64,000 nt of DNA, taken from positions 1 through 64,000 of the forward strand of contig JAQGDQ010000349.1 of the NCBI GenBank assembly GCA_030141605.1. Direction: 5' to 3'. The notes below the pieces were generated by a model. That model searched no databases. It saw only the letters and a program-made list of their open reading frames with translations, and was not told where the DNA came from. Source of the DNA: Tubiluchus corallicola (Eukaryota; Animalia; Priapulida). Position 1 is the stretch's first letter; each line of letters begins with the position of its first letter. The translations under genes were made by a program, and so were the position numbers. Positions 11,101 to 21,960 of this stretch are shown here, in pieces.

Positions 11101-13137
11101 CAAATAGCCCATGAGGTGGCTTTCACTTTCGAGGCATACACACATGTTCAAAACTGGCAACATGCTATCAACCAAATTTGCTCTTTTTACTTTGAGCTAC
11201 AAAACCAGATAGACCACGAAACTAGGCCAATACCTGGTCAGGTAGGTAAATTTAGTCATGTGACCCAGGCTCTGGTCACTCAAGCCTGTAAAGTGCTTCC
11301 ATCTAATGTTACAAAAAAATCAATTGGCAACAAAAATCACAAGTCTAATAAAACGTATTAATAATAATGGCAATCAATGTCATAACAATAATAGCGATAC
11401 ATTTCGGATTCTCATCAAAAATACATTAATAGAAAATAAGTCAACCAATTATTAGTAGCGCATCACTATGGACGGCTTCGGTCGTCACACCAAGCAATAA
11501 ACCTTCTTAAACCTACTCTGAATAAATGCTCTGTCGTTAAACAATTGAAATTCAATATGATTACTAAAATAAAATTGCAAACATTTTTCAGTTTGTTCCA
11601 AATGTACCAGACAAGTAGTATGCAAATGCTACATAGCATTAATGTCCTGGAAAATTTGTCTGGACAGGTTTAAAAATATTCTGTCAATGTAAGTAAAAAA
11701 TTATCACCATTCTTGAAAGACTCTAGAAGGATGAACTAAGTAACAGACATGACTATTAAGGCCAAACTATGCTGTTTCTTATGTAGGCCTGTTGTAGTAA
11801 GAATTGCTTAGTGCTAAGTGCGTGTGTGTGTATGTGTGTGCACATGTGTGTGTGCATGTGTGCTTGTGTGCGCATGAGTGTGTACCTCTGTGAGTATGTG
11901 CATGGGTAGGTGTGTCAAAAGTGTGTATTTTGTATGTGGCATGAGTGCATGCTTGGCAGAATTATCCTAAATGTTCAAAAACAATGTGATATGTTGCAAT
12001 TGCAAGCCTTCATTAAGATGTCTTTCTCATTACACGACTTTTTTGTCTGTTGCAGATAGTTGCCAGGTAGAACTCTCTTTCCTAGAGCCGAGTAACACAA
12101 ATTACTTTTTGAAAGAGATTACTGCTGCTGCATCAATAACACAGTTTACAGTTTGCTTGTGGCTAAAGATAGACCAGTCAAACAACAAGAAATACTATTT
12201 CTTTTCCTTTGTCACACCGAGTGCACTACATGCGATCGCTATAGTTGTTTACCCAAACTACGAAGAGAAACTAATGTTCCTTGTTGATAAGTATGTATGC
12301 TTTGCAATTTTCTTCTTTGCCTCACTCTGTCTATGTTTCAGTTTGTGTGGCCAATTTTCCATTTCAATTTTCTAAATGTCTCTTACGCTGTCTGTCTGTC
12401 TTTCTGTTTGTCGGTCTGTGTTGCTTTGTCATACTATCCATCTGGTTTGGCCTTGGCACTTCTTTATTAATAGTTATTCTTCACAAATTTTTTATTTAAT
12501 AATTCAAAAGTATGAGAGGTAGCATTACATATGTTAGACAGGTATGCAAGAATTTACGAGTAACTTCATTCTGTTTAATACAAAATTTTGTGTGTGTTGG
12601 CAAGCTGGGCTGAATAAATGTGAATAATATATGTTAGTGGCCACAGGCCACATTTTAATGAACAAATGTTTTCTATGTATAAAATTTGTTTTCATTTACA
12701 GTGAGAATTATTACATTTTTTCTGATGTGATGGTGCAGCTTCATGATGGCAACTGGCACCATCTGTGCCTCCTCTGGGAACAGGCATCTAACGCTCATTC
12801 AGTGTACATAGATGGATCTGAAGTATATACAGGTACCAATGTGAATACAGCTGGCAAAACAATTGATCGTCTTGGTACATTGGTAATTGGACAGGAATCA
12901 GACACTTACCCAGTTGGAGGTTTTGAGGCTGATGAATCTTTTGTGGGCTCCATAACTGGCGTGAACTTTTATGACTATCGGCTGACAGCTGAGGAAATCC
13001 GTAACTTGTATACAGACTGTTATGCGAGCTCTGGAAATGTGTTTTCATGGTGCGATATTAATAAAGGAACATTGAAAGGAGATTTGATTAGGAGAACTAG
13101 TCAGCTGACATGCAGCATTCCTGATGAAGGTAATTGA
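788..13137 (+). CDS. Gene model (5' end outside the window): extracellular protein with cbEGF x3 plus pentraxin x4
   Basis: GT-AG exons that join in frame without stops: 788-913, 1272-1409, 2468-2605 (cbEGF, phase 1-1); 4089-4323+4990-5414, 6653-6887+7475-7929, 8420-8654+9046-9497, 12056-12290+12702-13137 (pentraxin halves, phases 1-2 and 2-1). Stop TGA at 13135-13137 and AATAAA at 13191. An alternative phase-1 donor (GAAG|GTAATT) exists at 13130. Confidence 0.85.
1272..1409 (+). CDS. Calcium-binding EGF exon 2
   Basis: ctttag| DIDECTSNAHNCDAEHGVCQNTDGSFTCACNQGYSGEGAVCVAKTD |gtaggt. Confidence 0.9.
2468..2605 (+). CDS. Calcium-binding EGF exon 3
   Basis: tttcag| DIDECATNAHNCDAEHGTCQNTDGSFTCACDQGYSGDGTVCVATVD |gtgggt. 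Confidence 0.9.
2640..2793. repeat. (GT)n microsatellite; homologous arrays at ~3354-3430, 3706-3950, 8083-8235 and 11818-11885
   Basis: Direct reading; the arrays sit at the equivalent intronic position of the pentraxin units (very short before unit 2). Confidence 0.95.
2816..2923 (+). pseudogene. Truncated remnant of a pentraxin B exon (WCDINKGTLHGDLMRRTSQLTCSIPDESDNPHVEL)
   Basis: Near-identical to 5307-5414. It keeps the donor but has no acceptor, and is fused to intron sequence at a CATG microhomology. Confidence 0.85.
4089..4323 (+). CDS. Pentraxin unit 1, exon A
   Basis: ttgcag|...LSFP...FTVCSWLK...YFFSF...|gtatat; 235 bp. Confidence 0.85.
4990..5414 (+). CDS. Pentraxin unit 1, exon B (27-bp in-frame deletion)
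   Basis: ttacag|...DGNWHHLCLLW...LYIDG...LVIG...SFVGSITGMNFYD...GNVFSW...|gtatgt. Confidence 0.85.
6653..6887 (+). CDS. Pentraxin unit 2, exon A
   Basis: Paralog of 4089-4323 with intact splice sites; 235 bp. Confidence 0.85.
7475..7929 (+). CDS. Pentraxin unit 2, exon B
   Basis: WHHLCLFW, LVIGQDSD and FDASQSFVG motifs; 455 bp; splice sites intact. Confidence 0.85.
8420..8654 (+). CDS. Pentraxin unit 3, exon A
   Basis: 235-bp paralog, ttgcag|...|gtacgt. Confidence 0.85.
9046..9497 (+). CDS. Pentraxin unit 3, exon B
   Basis: 452-bp paralog with intact splice sites. Confidence 0.85.
10295..11489. mobile_element. Probable solo LTR (1195 bp) in a pentraxin intron
   Basis: Ends TGTGAC...GTCACA with a 5-bp TSD CCAAG (10290-10294 and 11490-11494); absent from the paralogous intron at ~6200. 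Confidence 0.8.
12056..12290 (+). CDS. Pentraxin unit 4, exon A
   Basis: 235-bp paralog, ttgcag|...|gtatgt. Confidence 0.85.
12702..13137 (+). CDS. Pentraxin unit 4, exon B (probably terminal)
   Basis: Paralog that diverges after ...TCSIPDE into GN-stop; polyA signal at 13191. Confidence 0.8.
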
Positions 13138-13875
13138 GCTAACTGAGGGTCATTAGAAGGTAATTTCTAATTTCAAACGGAAGCATTTTAAATAAAGTCA
13201 CAATACTTTTTATCACTTCTTTACCTGTAATGATCTTTATATTAATATTCGTCTTGAAAAATCGAAATTATTGAAGAATTGTGTAGTACATTTGAGATAA
13301 TATGCCGTACGATACATAAATATAATTGTTCGCAAGATATGCAAAAAGAGAAGGCCACATTTGTGAGAGAACAAGTAGCTGTTAAGCCGCGTTGTTTACA
13401 ATAATTATGTTGTAATCAATTACAATAACCTAGCTCTTTCTTGCTGTGATTTGACATCAAGTCTTCAACATTATTGTATGTCTTTTAGGAGAATATTTGC
13501 AGTTTTGTGTTTTAATGTTCAACTAGTTTTAATTTTTTGACAATCACAGTGGTGTTGTGTATATTGCTGATGCTGAAATAAAGAAAGGTTCTGTAGTGAA
13601 TAATGCGTATTGGGTGAGGTGATGATCGAGGCTTGAAGCAACGTAGCAAAGAACACGGAGAAAGCTAAAGAAGTCAATGGAAGGGTGTATGTAGAATAGG
13701 GTGCATTGAAGAAAGCATGCACCAATCTGACTCACTGTAATTGGAGAGTGCGGAATAGCTTATGTGAAATCCGCATAATTACTTGACAACTGGGTAACGT
13801 CACTTAGCCGGTTTTGCATTACTAACATCGTGTATGTATTAATCAGTTTTATACGAAATGCATACTGGAATCTGA

Positions 13876-14510
13876 CAGACCTGCCAACTCTCACGCATTT
13901 CAAATCTTTCGCACGCGCGCACACGCGTCAAAGTTCAGTTCTCACGCATTCCACAACTTCACACACATGTTTGCAAATCACATGGCTTCTATTGTTTTCA
14001 GTACCAACCTCAATTCAATTGATAGTACTACTCTCACTAATACAGTAGCGTCCATGAATCTCAGAATGTGTAAGATTATACATGAGAACGTATACACTAA
14101 ATGGTATTACAGTTATTGAGAATTAAGCACTTTTGGCTATTATGAGCTTTTTTCATATGTACGATACAGTTATTGAGAATTAAGCACTTTTGGCTATTAT
14201 CGGCTTTTTTCATATGTACAAAAGAACATATTTATATATACCCTTCACGACATGAGCTCAAAATGAGGTGTAAAGCATAGTAAACTGCAATAACAGCATA
14301 TATGAAAGCTCAGTTGTGCACAAAAATTGCCTTACTTTTTTATTAATAATTTGAGTTTTGATTCCTATTGATAATTTTGATTCCCAAACAGCAAAAAATT
14401 CTGAGACGTAGAGTTAACCCCACTCCCTCGACCACAGCTATGGGCGAGACGCTCCCCGCCGGGCTTCTTTGTTTCACACTCACTTTTATATCAAATGGTT
14501 GGCAGGTCTG
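13876..14510. mobile_element. Non-autonomous TIR element (hAT-like)
   Basis: Perfect 13-bp TIR CAGACCTGCCAAC / GTTGGCAGGTCTG; subterminal TCTCACGCATT repeats; no clean TSD. A left-truncated copy lies at 16870-17436. Confidence 0.65.
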
Positions 14511-15911
14511 GCATGTATGACTCTTTACTGAAGTCTGGAAATCCAGTCTTTCAACTACATTGGATGAAAACATTCGCTACTTCTACTAATTTTTACACAA
14601 CTTGAATGCATATGTGCGGTAATATAAACTGGCATGCATATAAATTGTCAAATTCAGTTAAGAGGTATATGAGTTTGTTGTGAGTTTAATCTGATATTAA
14701 AACATTACCAATAATTATGACTTATTTTTAGAGTAATAAAATGCGTGAGTGTTGTTATCAAGTGTGAGCTTACGATAGTGGTAATGCAATAAAGATGTGA
14801 TGATAATATTTCAAAGCCGTGTAGTGGTTTTTATACTTTTAATTACAGCACGTAACATATATTATAATAACGCAATGAATAATCATTATCTATGTTGTCA
14901 TATGTATGTCACCATATTGTCATACGTATATCACCAACTACATCACACATTGGATGCGTTTTGCCAGAGTACCGTAGAACAACATAGCCATCTTGAATCA
15001 GCCTGAGTACAATGTCATTTTCATTTTTTTTGGTTTACATACTCATTAATTATACAATAACCTTTTTGGATAACTGTAAAAACTGATAATTAATACTCTT
15101 CGCCATGATTGCTTTATGGAAATTGTGGGCAATTGAGACCTCTAGCCTGTGAATTTGGGAATCATATTATAAGAGAAATTTCTCCTGTTAAGGAATTAAA
15201 TATAGAGCTATTTTCACTTGAACTGTAGGCTTATACTATGCATGACGTGTTATGACAAGTTACAAAAATATTTGTTTAAACCGATGCATTACCTAACAGA
15301 TCAGAGATACAGGTGTGAAAAGTAGGAAGAAGTCACTTTAGTGGAAATCCTGAGTGCCCTAAACTATTGAGCCAACCGCCAATTAACATTCACTGAAGCC
15401 AGTGGGTTCTGAAAAGAGGCTGTGTTTCAAAGAGTGCAAATCTGCGTCTTGTAGGGAGGTCATGGGGCATGTAATAATTGGTCAAGGAGATTTCAGTAAG
15501 ATATATCAAGCTATACTCAAGCTAGCGCTCCAATCTTATACCTCAGCACGATAAATTTATGGTTTTCAGAGTCTCAGACAGCTCAGCACAATCAGAAAGT
15601 TATCAGTGTAGAGTGTTTGAAAATAATGGAAATTTAGTTCTAACACTGGCTTCGTTCTTCAATGGTGGGGGGGATGAAACAAACGAAAACAACTTAAACA
15701 AAAACATTTTGTTTTGTAAACTTGATTTGCCAGAGTTTCCAGATGGTAACACTTTCACTCATCACTATCGTTAATGCGGCGCAATTTAAGACACTTAATA
15801 CACTATTATACACTTAAGTAGTATAACTATTACAACACGCACAAAGTTGAATTGAAAACTAACAATAAAATTTTAACAATTATTCACGATTGATAGCATA
15901 AAACAGTATTA

Positions 15912-16112
15912 AGCGGCGTTGACCAGACATCCGGAATGCATTATGTGTTATTCACTTGCGGAATGGCCGCGTATAAAAAATCAATAGGAAATAGCTGTAG
16001 AAAAAATACCGCCCCGTATACCAGTTCCGATAAACTTGTTCGTTGAAAACAATATAAAGTGATTTTTACGCAATAACGCACAGCGCATTCCGGATATCTG
16101 ATAAACGCCGCT
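15912..16112. mobile_element. Harbinger-like MITE (second copy at 19295-19495)
   Basis: Imperfect ~40-bp TIRs AGCGGCGTTGACCAGACATCCGGAATGC... / ...GCATTCCGGATATCTGATAAACGCCGCT. Confidence 0.65.
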
Positions 16113-16219
16113 CAAGGCGTACGCGTTAGAAAACTTTATAATTTAATTCTGAGTACGTATTGTATAAATTATGCAGGTTTTTGCCGCAACCAGCTATAGG
16201 AGTCTATATGAAAAATGAA

Positions 16220-16755
16220 TCAAGGTCCAGTAATTTGCAAGGAAACGTTTATTCCCTTGCCTTCGTTGACCAATTCAAGATCAGGGCTTGTCTGAAGTAG
16301 CAGAATGAAGTACGTTGCAAAAACGCCAATTACCTGTAAATAAAATAATTGGCTACTTTATCCAAAAGCTATAAAACTGAATAGCTATTGATGAAAAAAG
16401 TCAAAATGCTGCCTTAATTCGATGAATTCGGGTTGTTAGAAATGCGCTTTGCAAGCCTAATCAATACTTGTTTCGATAAATGCATCAAATGAACAGTTTT
16501 GCACTGAAGTAATAACACCGTTTCCACTATAAATGTAGCAGTATTAAATTACATTTAGCTCGTCGTAATTCACACTCAGCAGAAAAGTAAGCAGCATTAC
16601 TGGACTGCAAGTCCAAGATGATCATGATCATAATTATTATTATTGCAAATACTCATTATACAAACTGTTAACATGAAGCTCCTGTTGACAGTAAAGCATC
16701 TGTAACCTGTGAGACCAATTGGTGGACCAGACATTCTTGTTGCGTACATATACAG
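16220..16755 (-). pseudogene. Duplicated last two exons of the GR-like gene (16755-16666 and 16333-16220)
   Basis: Identical by eye to 20123-20034 and 19701-19588, with splice sites and stop intact; either orphan or alternative terminal exons. Confidence 0.8.
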
Positions 16756-17639
16756 CTGTAATAAATTAATTTTTTAGTGAATTTGGCCTAGTCATGTATG
16801 TAAAAATAAATAAGGCTGGGAGAGCGAAGATGAATTATTGGTAATTAACAATAATGAAATGCTTCCGAATTCTCACGCATTCCACAACTTCACACACATG
16901 TTTGCAAATCACATGGCTTCTATTGTTTTCAGTACCAACCTCAATTCAATTGATAGTACTACTCTCACTAATACAGTAGCGTCCATGAATCTCAGAATGT
17001 GTGAGATTATACATGAGAACATATACACTAAATGGTATTACAGTTATTGAGAATTAAGCACTTTTGGCTATTATGAGCTTTTTTCATATGTACGATACAG
17101 TTATTGAGAATTAAGCACTTTTGGCTATTATCGGCTTTTTTCATATGTACAAAAGAACATATTTATATATACCCTTCATGAGCTCAAAATGAGGTGTAAA
17201 GCATAGTAAACTGCAATAACAGCATATATGAAAGCTCAGTTGTGCACAAAAATTGCCTTACTTTTTTATTAATAATTTGAGTTTTGATTCCTATTGATAA
17301 TTTTGATTCCCAAAAAGCAAAAAATTCTGAGACGTAGAGTTAACCCCACTCCCTCGACCACAGCTATGGGTGAGACGCTCCCCGCCGGGCTTCTTTGTTT
17401 CACACTCACTTTTATATCAAATGGTTGGCAGGTCTGGCATGTATGACTCTTTACTGAAGTCTGGAAATCCAGTCTTTCAACTACATTGGATGAAACCCTT
17501 CGCTACTTCTACTAATTTTTACACAACTTGAATGCATATGTGCGGTAATATAAACTGGCATGCATATAAATTGTCAAATTCAGTTAAGAGGTATATGAGT
17601 TTGTTGTGAGTTTAATCTGATATTAAAACATTACCAATA

Positions 17640-18094
17640 CCGTATTTTCCCGTGTATAAGAGACCCTTTTTTGCTCAGAATTTTCACTTTAAAAATAGGG
17701 GGTCTCTTATACATGGGAGTAAGTCTTTTCAATAAGATGCATAAATTGTGACACTAATGATTTTAAAGAAATAATTGCTCTACAACTGTTTTGCGTGTCG
17801 CGTTCGACTATGAAGCGGTTGTAAGCAATACAAGCATCGTGACACAGGCATTATCTACTCGTTTTCTCTTTTCCTGTTACAGGTTTGCAGGTACGCACTT
17901 TAATATATAACAGTACTCTTTTTCTACAACACATTAACTGGTTTTATTTTGTTTTCAGTACCGCACTGAGTTGAAAAAAGTTGTACTCTACCCTCTAAAA
18001 ATGTCCGTCTGAAAAAACTTTTTTCCAGAATTTTTGCCTAAAAATTGAAGGGGTCTCTTATACACAAGGGTCTCTTATACACGGGAAAATACGG
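17640..18094. mobile_element. Tc1/mariner-superfamily (Tc2/pogo-like) MITE, 455 bp
   Basis: Perfect 27-bp TIR CCGTATTTTCCCGTGTATAAGAGACCC, TA TSD, subterminal GGGTCTCTTATAC repeats; the empty site is in the paralog at 14712-14713. Confidence 0.92.
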
Positions 18095-19587
18095 TAATTA
18101 TGACTTATTTTTAGAGTAATAAAATGCGTGAGTGTTGTTATCAAGTGTGAGCTTACGATAGTGGTAATGCAATAAAGATGTGATGATAATATTTCAAAGC
18201 CGTGTAGTGGTTTTTATACTTTTAATTACAGCACGTAACATATATTATAATAACGCAATGAATAATCATTATCTATGTTGTCATATGTATGTCACCATAT
18301 TGTCATACGTATATCACCAACTACATCACACATTGGATGCGTTTTGCCAGAGTACCGTAGAACAACATAGCCATCTTGAATCAGCCTGAGTACAATGTCA
18401 TTTTCATTTTTTTTGGTTTACATACTCATTAATTATACAATAACCTTTTTGGATAACTGTAAAAACTGATAATTAATACTCTTCGCCATGATTGCTTTAT
18501 GGAAATTGTGGGCAATTGAGACCTCTAGCCTGTGAATTTGGGAATCATATTATAAGAGAAATTTCTCCTGTTAAGGAATTAAATATAGAGCTATTTTCAC
18601 TTGAACTGTAGGCTTATACTATGCATGACGTGTTATGACAAGTTACAAAAATATTTGTTTAAACCGATGCATTACCTAACAGATCAGAGATACAGGTGTG
18701 AAAAGTAGGAAGAAGTCACTTTAGTGGAAATCCTGAGTGCCCTAAACTATTGAGCCAACCGCCAATTAACATTCACTGAAGCCAGTGGGTTCTGAAAAGA
18801 GGCTGTGTTTCAAAGAGTGCAAATCTGCGTCTTGTAGGGAGGTCATGGGGCATGTAATAATTGGTCAAGGAGATTTCAGTAAGATATATCAAGCTATACT
18901 CAAGCTAGCGCTCCAATCTTATACCTCAGCACGATAAATTTATGGTTTTCAGAGTCTCAGACAGCTCAGCACAATCAGAAAGTTATCAGTGTAGAGTGTT
19001 TGAAAATAATGGAAATTTAGTTCTAACATTGGCTTCGTTCTTCAATGGTGGGGGGGATGAAACAAACGAAAACAACTTAAACAAAAACATTTTGTTTTGT
19101 AAACTTGATTTGCCAGAGTTTCCAGATGGTAACACTTTCACTCATCACTATCGTTAATGCGGCGCAATTTAAGACACTTAATACACTATTATACACTTAA
19201 GTAGTATAACTATTACAACACGCACAAAGTTGAATTGAAAACTAACAATAAAATTTTAACAATTATTCACGATTGATAGCATAAAACAGTATTAAGCGGC
19301 GTTGACCAGACATCCGGAATGCATTATGTGTTATTCACTTGCGGAATGGCCGCGTATAAAAAATCAATAGGAAATAGCTGTAGAAAAAATACCGCCCCGT
19401 ATACCAGTTCCGATAAACTTGTTCGTTGAAAACAATATAAAGTGATTTTTACGCAATAACGCACAGCGCATTCCGGATATCTGATAAACGCCGCTCAAGG
19501 CGTACGCGTTAGAAAAATTTATAATTTAATTCTGAGTTATGCAGGTTTTTGCCGCAACCAGCTATAGGAGTCTATATGAAAAATGAA

Positions 19588-21960
19588 TCAAGGTCCAGTA
19601 ATTTGCAAGGAAACGTTTATTCCCTTGCCTTCGTTGACCAATTCAAGATCAGGGCTTGTCTGAAGTAGCAGAATGAAGTACGTTGCAAAAACGCCAATTA
19701 CCTGTAAATAAAATAATAGGCTACTTTATCCAAAAGCTATAAAACTGAATAGCTATTGATGAAAAAAGTCAAAATGCTGCCTTAATTCGATGAATTCGGG
19801 TTGTTAGAAATGCGCTTTGCAAGCCTAATCAATACTTGTTTCGATAAATGCATCAAATGAACAGTTTTGCACTGAAGTAATAACACCGTTTCCACTATAA
19901 ATGTAGCAGTATTAAATTACATTTAGCTCGTCGTAATTCACACTCAGCAGAAAAGTAAGCAGCATTACTGGACTGCAAGTCCAAGATGATCATGATCATA
20001 ATTATTATTATTGCAAATACTCATTATACAAACTGTTAACATGAAGCTCCTGTTGACAGTAAAGCATCTGTAACCTGTGAGACCAATTGGTGGACCAGAC
20101 ATTCTTGTTGCGTACATATACAGCTGTAATAAATTAATTTTTTAGTGAATTTGGCCTAGTCATGTATGTAAAAATAAATAAGGCTGGGAGAGCGAAGATG
20201 AATTATTGGTAATTAACAATAATGAAATGCTTCCGTATATTGCAAGCATTCACGGACAGCTAAAGCGTATTTAAGGAGAAGTTTGTGGCTAGGCTCAGTG
20301 CTAAGGAAGTATGGCTCACTCAGCCAAGGTTTGCAATTAGATTACTACATATAACAAATAGTGAGCACAAAGTGAACTGCAGTGAAGATATGCCACTCGC
20401 ATGAAAGCACACGTCTGTCCACTCACCTAGCACTTCGCCCATGTACATATAGCCTTAGGTCGAGGTTCCAATATGGCAATATGTACTACGGCGCGTTCAG
20501 ACTAGCGAATTTTCTCGCCAAGTAAACTCTCACTAGCTCGTCAATAACTAGTAAGCATGTTGTTCAGACTAGAGAGTATCAACTCGCAACAAATGGCGGA
20601 GCGTTTGCAAAAACTTGCCGACAGTAACTCGCAAAGCCGTTCACACTTCGCACTTGTGAGTTTACTTTCAGAGACAAAAAACACGACAGAAAACTCGCTA
20701 GTCTGAACTCGCAGTAAGCTATCGTTTTGAATTATATCACGTGATTAATTTTATATATTCACAGTTTCTGCGTGACGTAACAATTACACATCTAAAAACA
20801 AACTTGTTCATTTTGTATGAATGTCGTATGAAATAGGTGCTTACATGATTTTTTGCGTCTGCCGGGAGGTCTGTCAAGGCTAATTCGAAAAATAATGGAA
20901 AGGCTTCGTGCGCTTTTTCATTAAGGTCAGCAGCAGCTGCAGTTAGCAAAACAACATGTCCAACTTCAGCAAATATCCAAAAGAACAATGGTGAAACGGC
21001 AAGAACAGCTAGAGGGCTGAATCCATTGTTCGTCTCCAGTACGAATATGATAATGTACAGCGCGAAAATTACTAACATTATTGCTGATCCATAAACGCAG
21101 GCTAAGAAAGGTGAAAAAATATCATCCGTTTCTTGTATCAGCTTTGTCAGGTAATGGTGTTTCTTCATCAGCTGCATAATCTGCCTGCTTCTCTCTTCTG
21201 AATCTCTGAGAACACTTCTGTCATTTTCCTTCTCAATACTGTTCTTGCTGTTGTCATGTGCCGCAGCAGCAAGTTGCTCGGATTCTGTAGTTACTGCTTC
21301 CATTTCTTCCTCTATTATTCCACAAAGTGCGCGAACAAGCGATATTGCAAATGAGAACTGAACAACGTAACTTACTCGTATAATGGTTGAACATATGGTT
21401 GACAAAGTAGATAAGCCACGAGTTTCACTGCCAAAGAAATAGGTTTTCAGCGTAAGTACTGCTCCAAATACTAATCCAGAAAGAATTCCCAACAGAACTC
21501 CATTCTTCGCCTTCCGTTTGCCAAGCCTGAACGCTCTGTTTTTGTGCTGACAAAAAATATTTTGCCAAATGTGACCGAACTTGGCCAATTCATGGCGTTT
21601 GTAGAAGAAAAAAGCAATTTGATAAGCAGGCTGAAAGAAATACAATATGTGCATAAGAACATGGAACGTGTAATTTTTGATTCCGTCTGCGAGGTCTGTG
21701 AGCTCATACTTCACCAAGGCAATACCAGCAATTACAACCAGCACCATGTGCAGAATAGGGGGAAACAGTAGGCAACTCTTACAGATTCGGGTGTTTATTG
21801 TACTTTCATTTTGATTGTTAATAGGCCAAGTTCCAAATACTCTCATAACATTCAGCAAGGGCTTTAATGAATCGTAAAGCTTGGGCATCGAATTCTTCTG
21901 TTGCGCGGTGGCAGTTTCTTTTGCCTGAAGAATGCCAACCTTATCAAATCCACTTCTCAT
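19588..21960 (-). CDS. Gustatory receptor-like (GRL / 7TMIC) protein, 439 aa, 3 coding exons
   Basis: Exons 21960-20845 (multiple TM helices, LIQETDDIFSPFL), 20123-20034 (LYMYATRMSGPPIGLTGYRCFTVNRSFMLT) and 19701-19588 (VIGVFATYFILLLQT...). The TYxxxxxQ TM7 motif and two phase-0 3' introns are characteristic of the GR superfamily. Confidence 0.9.
20487..20716. mobile_element. Harbinger-like MITE in GR intron 1
   Basis: Imperfect TIRs TACGGCGCGTTCAGACTAGCGAATTTTCT / AGAAAACTCGCTAGTCTGAACTCGCAGTA. Confidence 0.65.

Larger units (their letters stand above)
13939..20235. repeat. Tandem segmental duplication (13939-16867 and 16870-20235)
   Basis: The copies are near-identical, differing by a 455-bp MITE, a 15-bp indel, small indels and a few SNPs; the ORF track shows identical ORFs at 14797/18180 and 15559/18942. 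Confidence 0.95.

Noticed and set aside
788-13137. SVEP1/polydom or adhesion-GPCR assignment
   Set aside because: No CCP, vWA, GAIN or 7TM exons are seen in the window and four tandem pentraxin domains do not fit; no symbol assigned
14107-14220. Repeat-spacer-like pattern (two ~55-bp copies)
   Set aside because: Simple tandem duplication inside a MITE; not a CRISPR array
15559-15774. Duplicated 71-aa ORF (also at 18942) and 69-aa ORF (14797/18180)
   Set aside because: Their identity is explained by the tandem duplication; no recognisable domain or exon structure
20737-20844. C-terminal 35 aa of the 407-aa ORF
   Set aside because: Intron read-through past the donor CAT|GTAAGC; the true C-terminus is in exons 20123-20034 and 19701-19588
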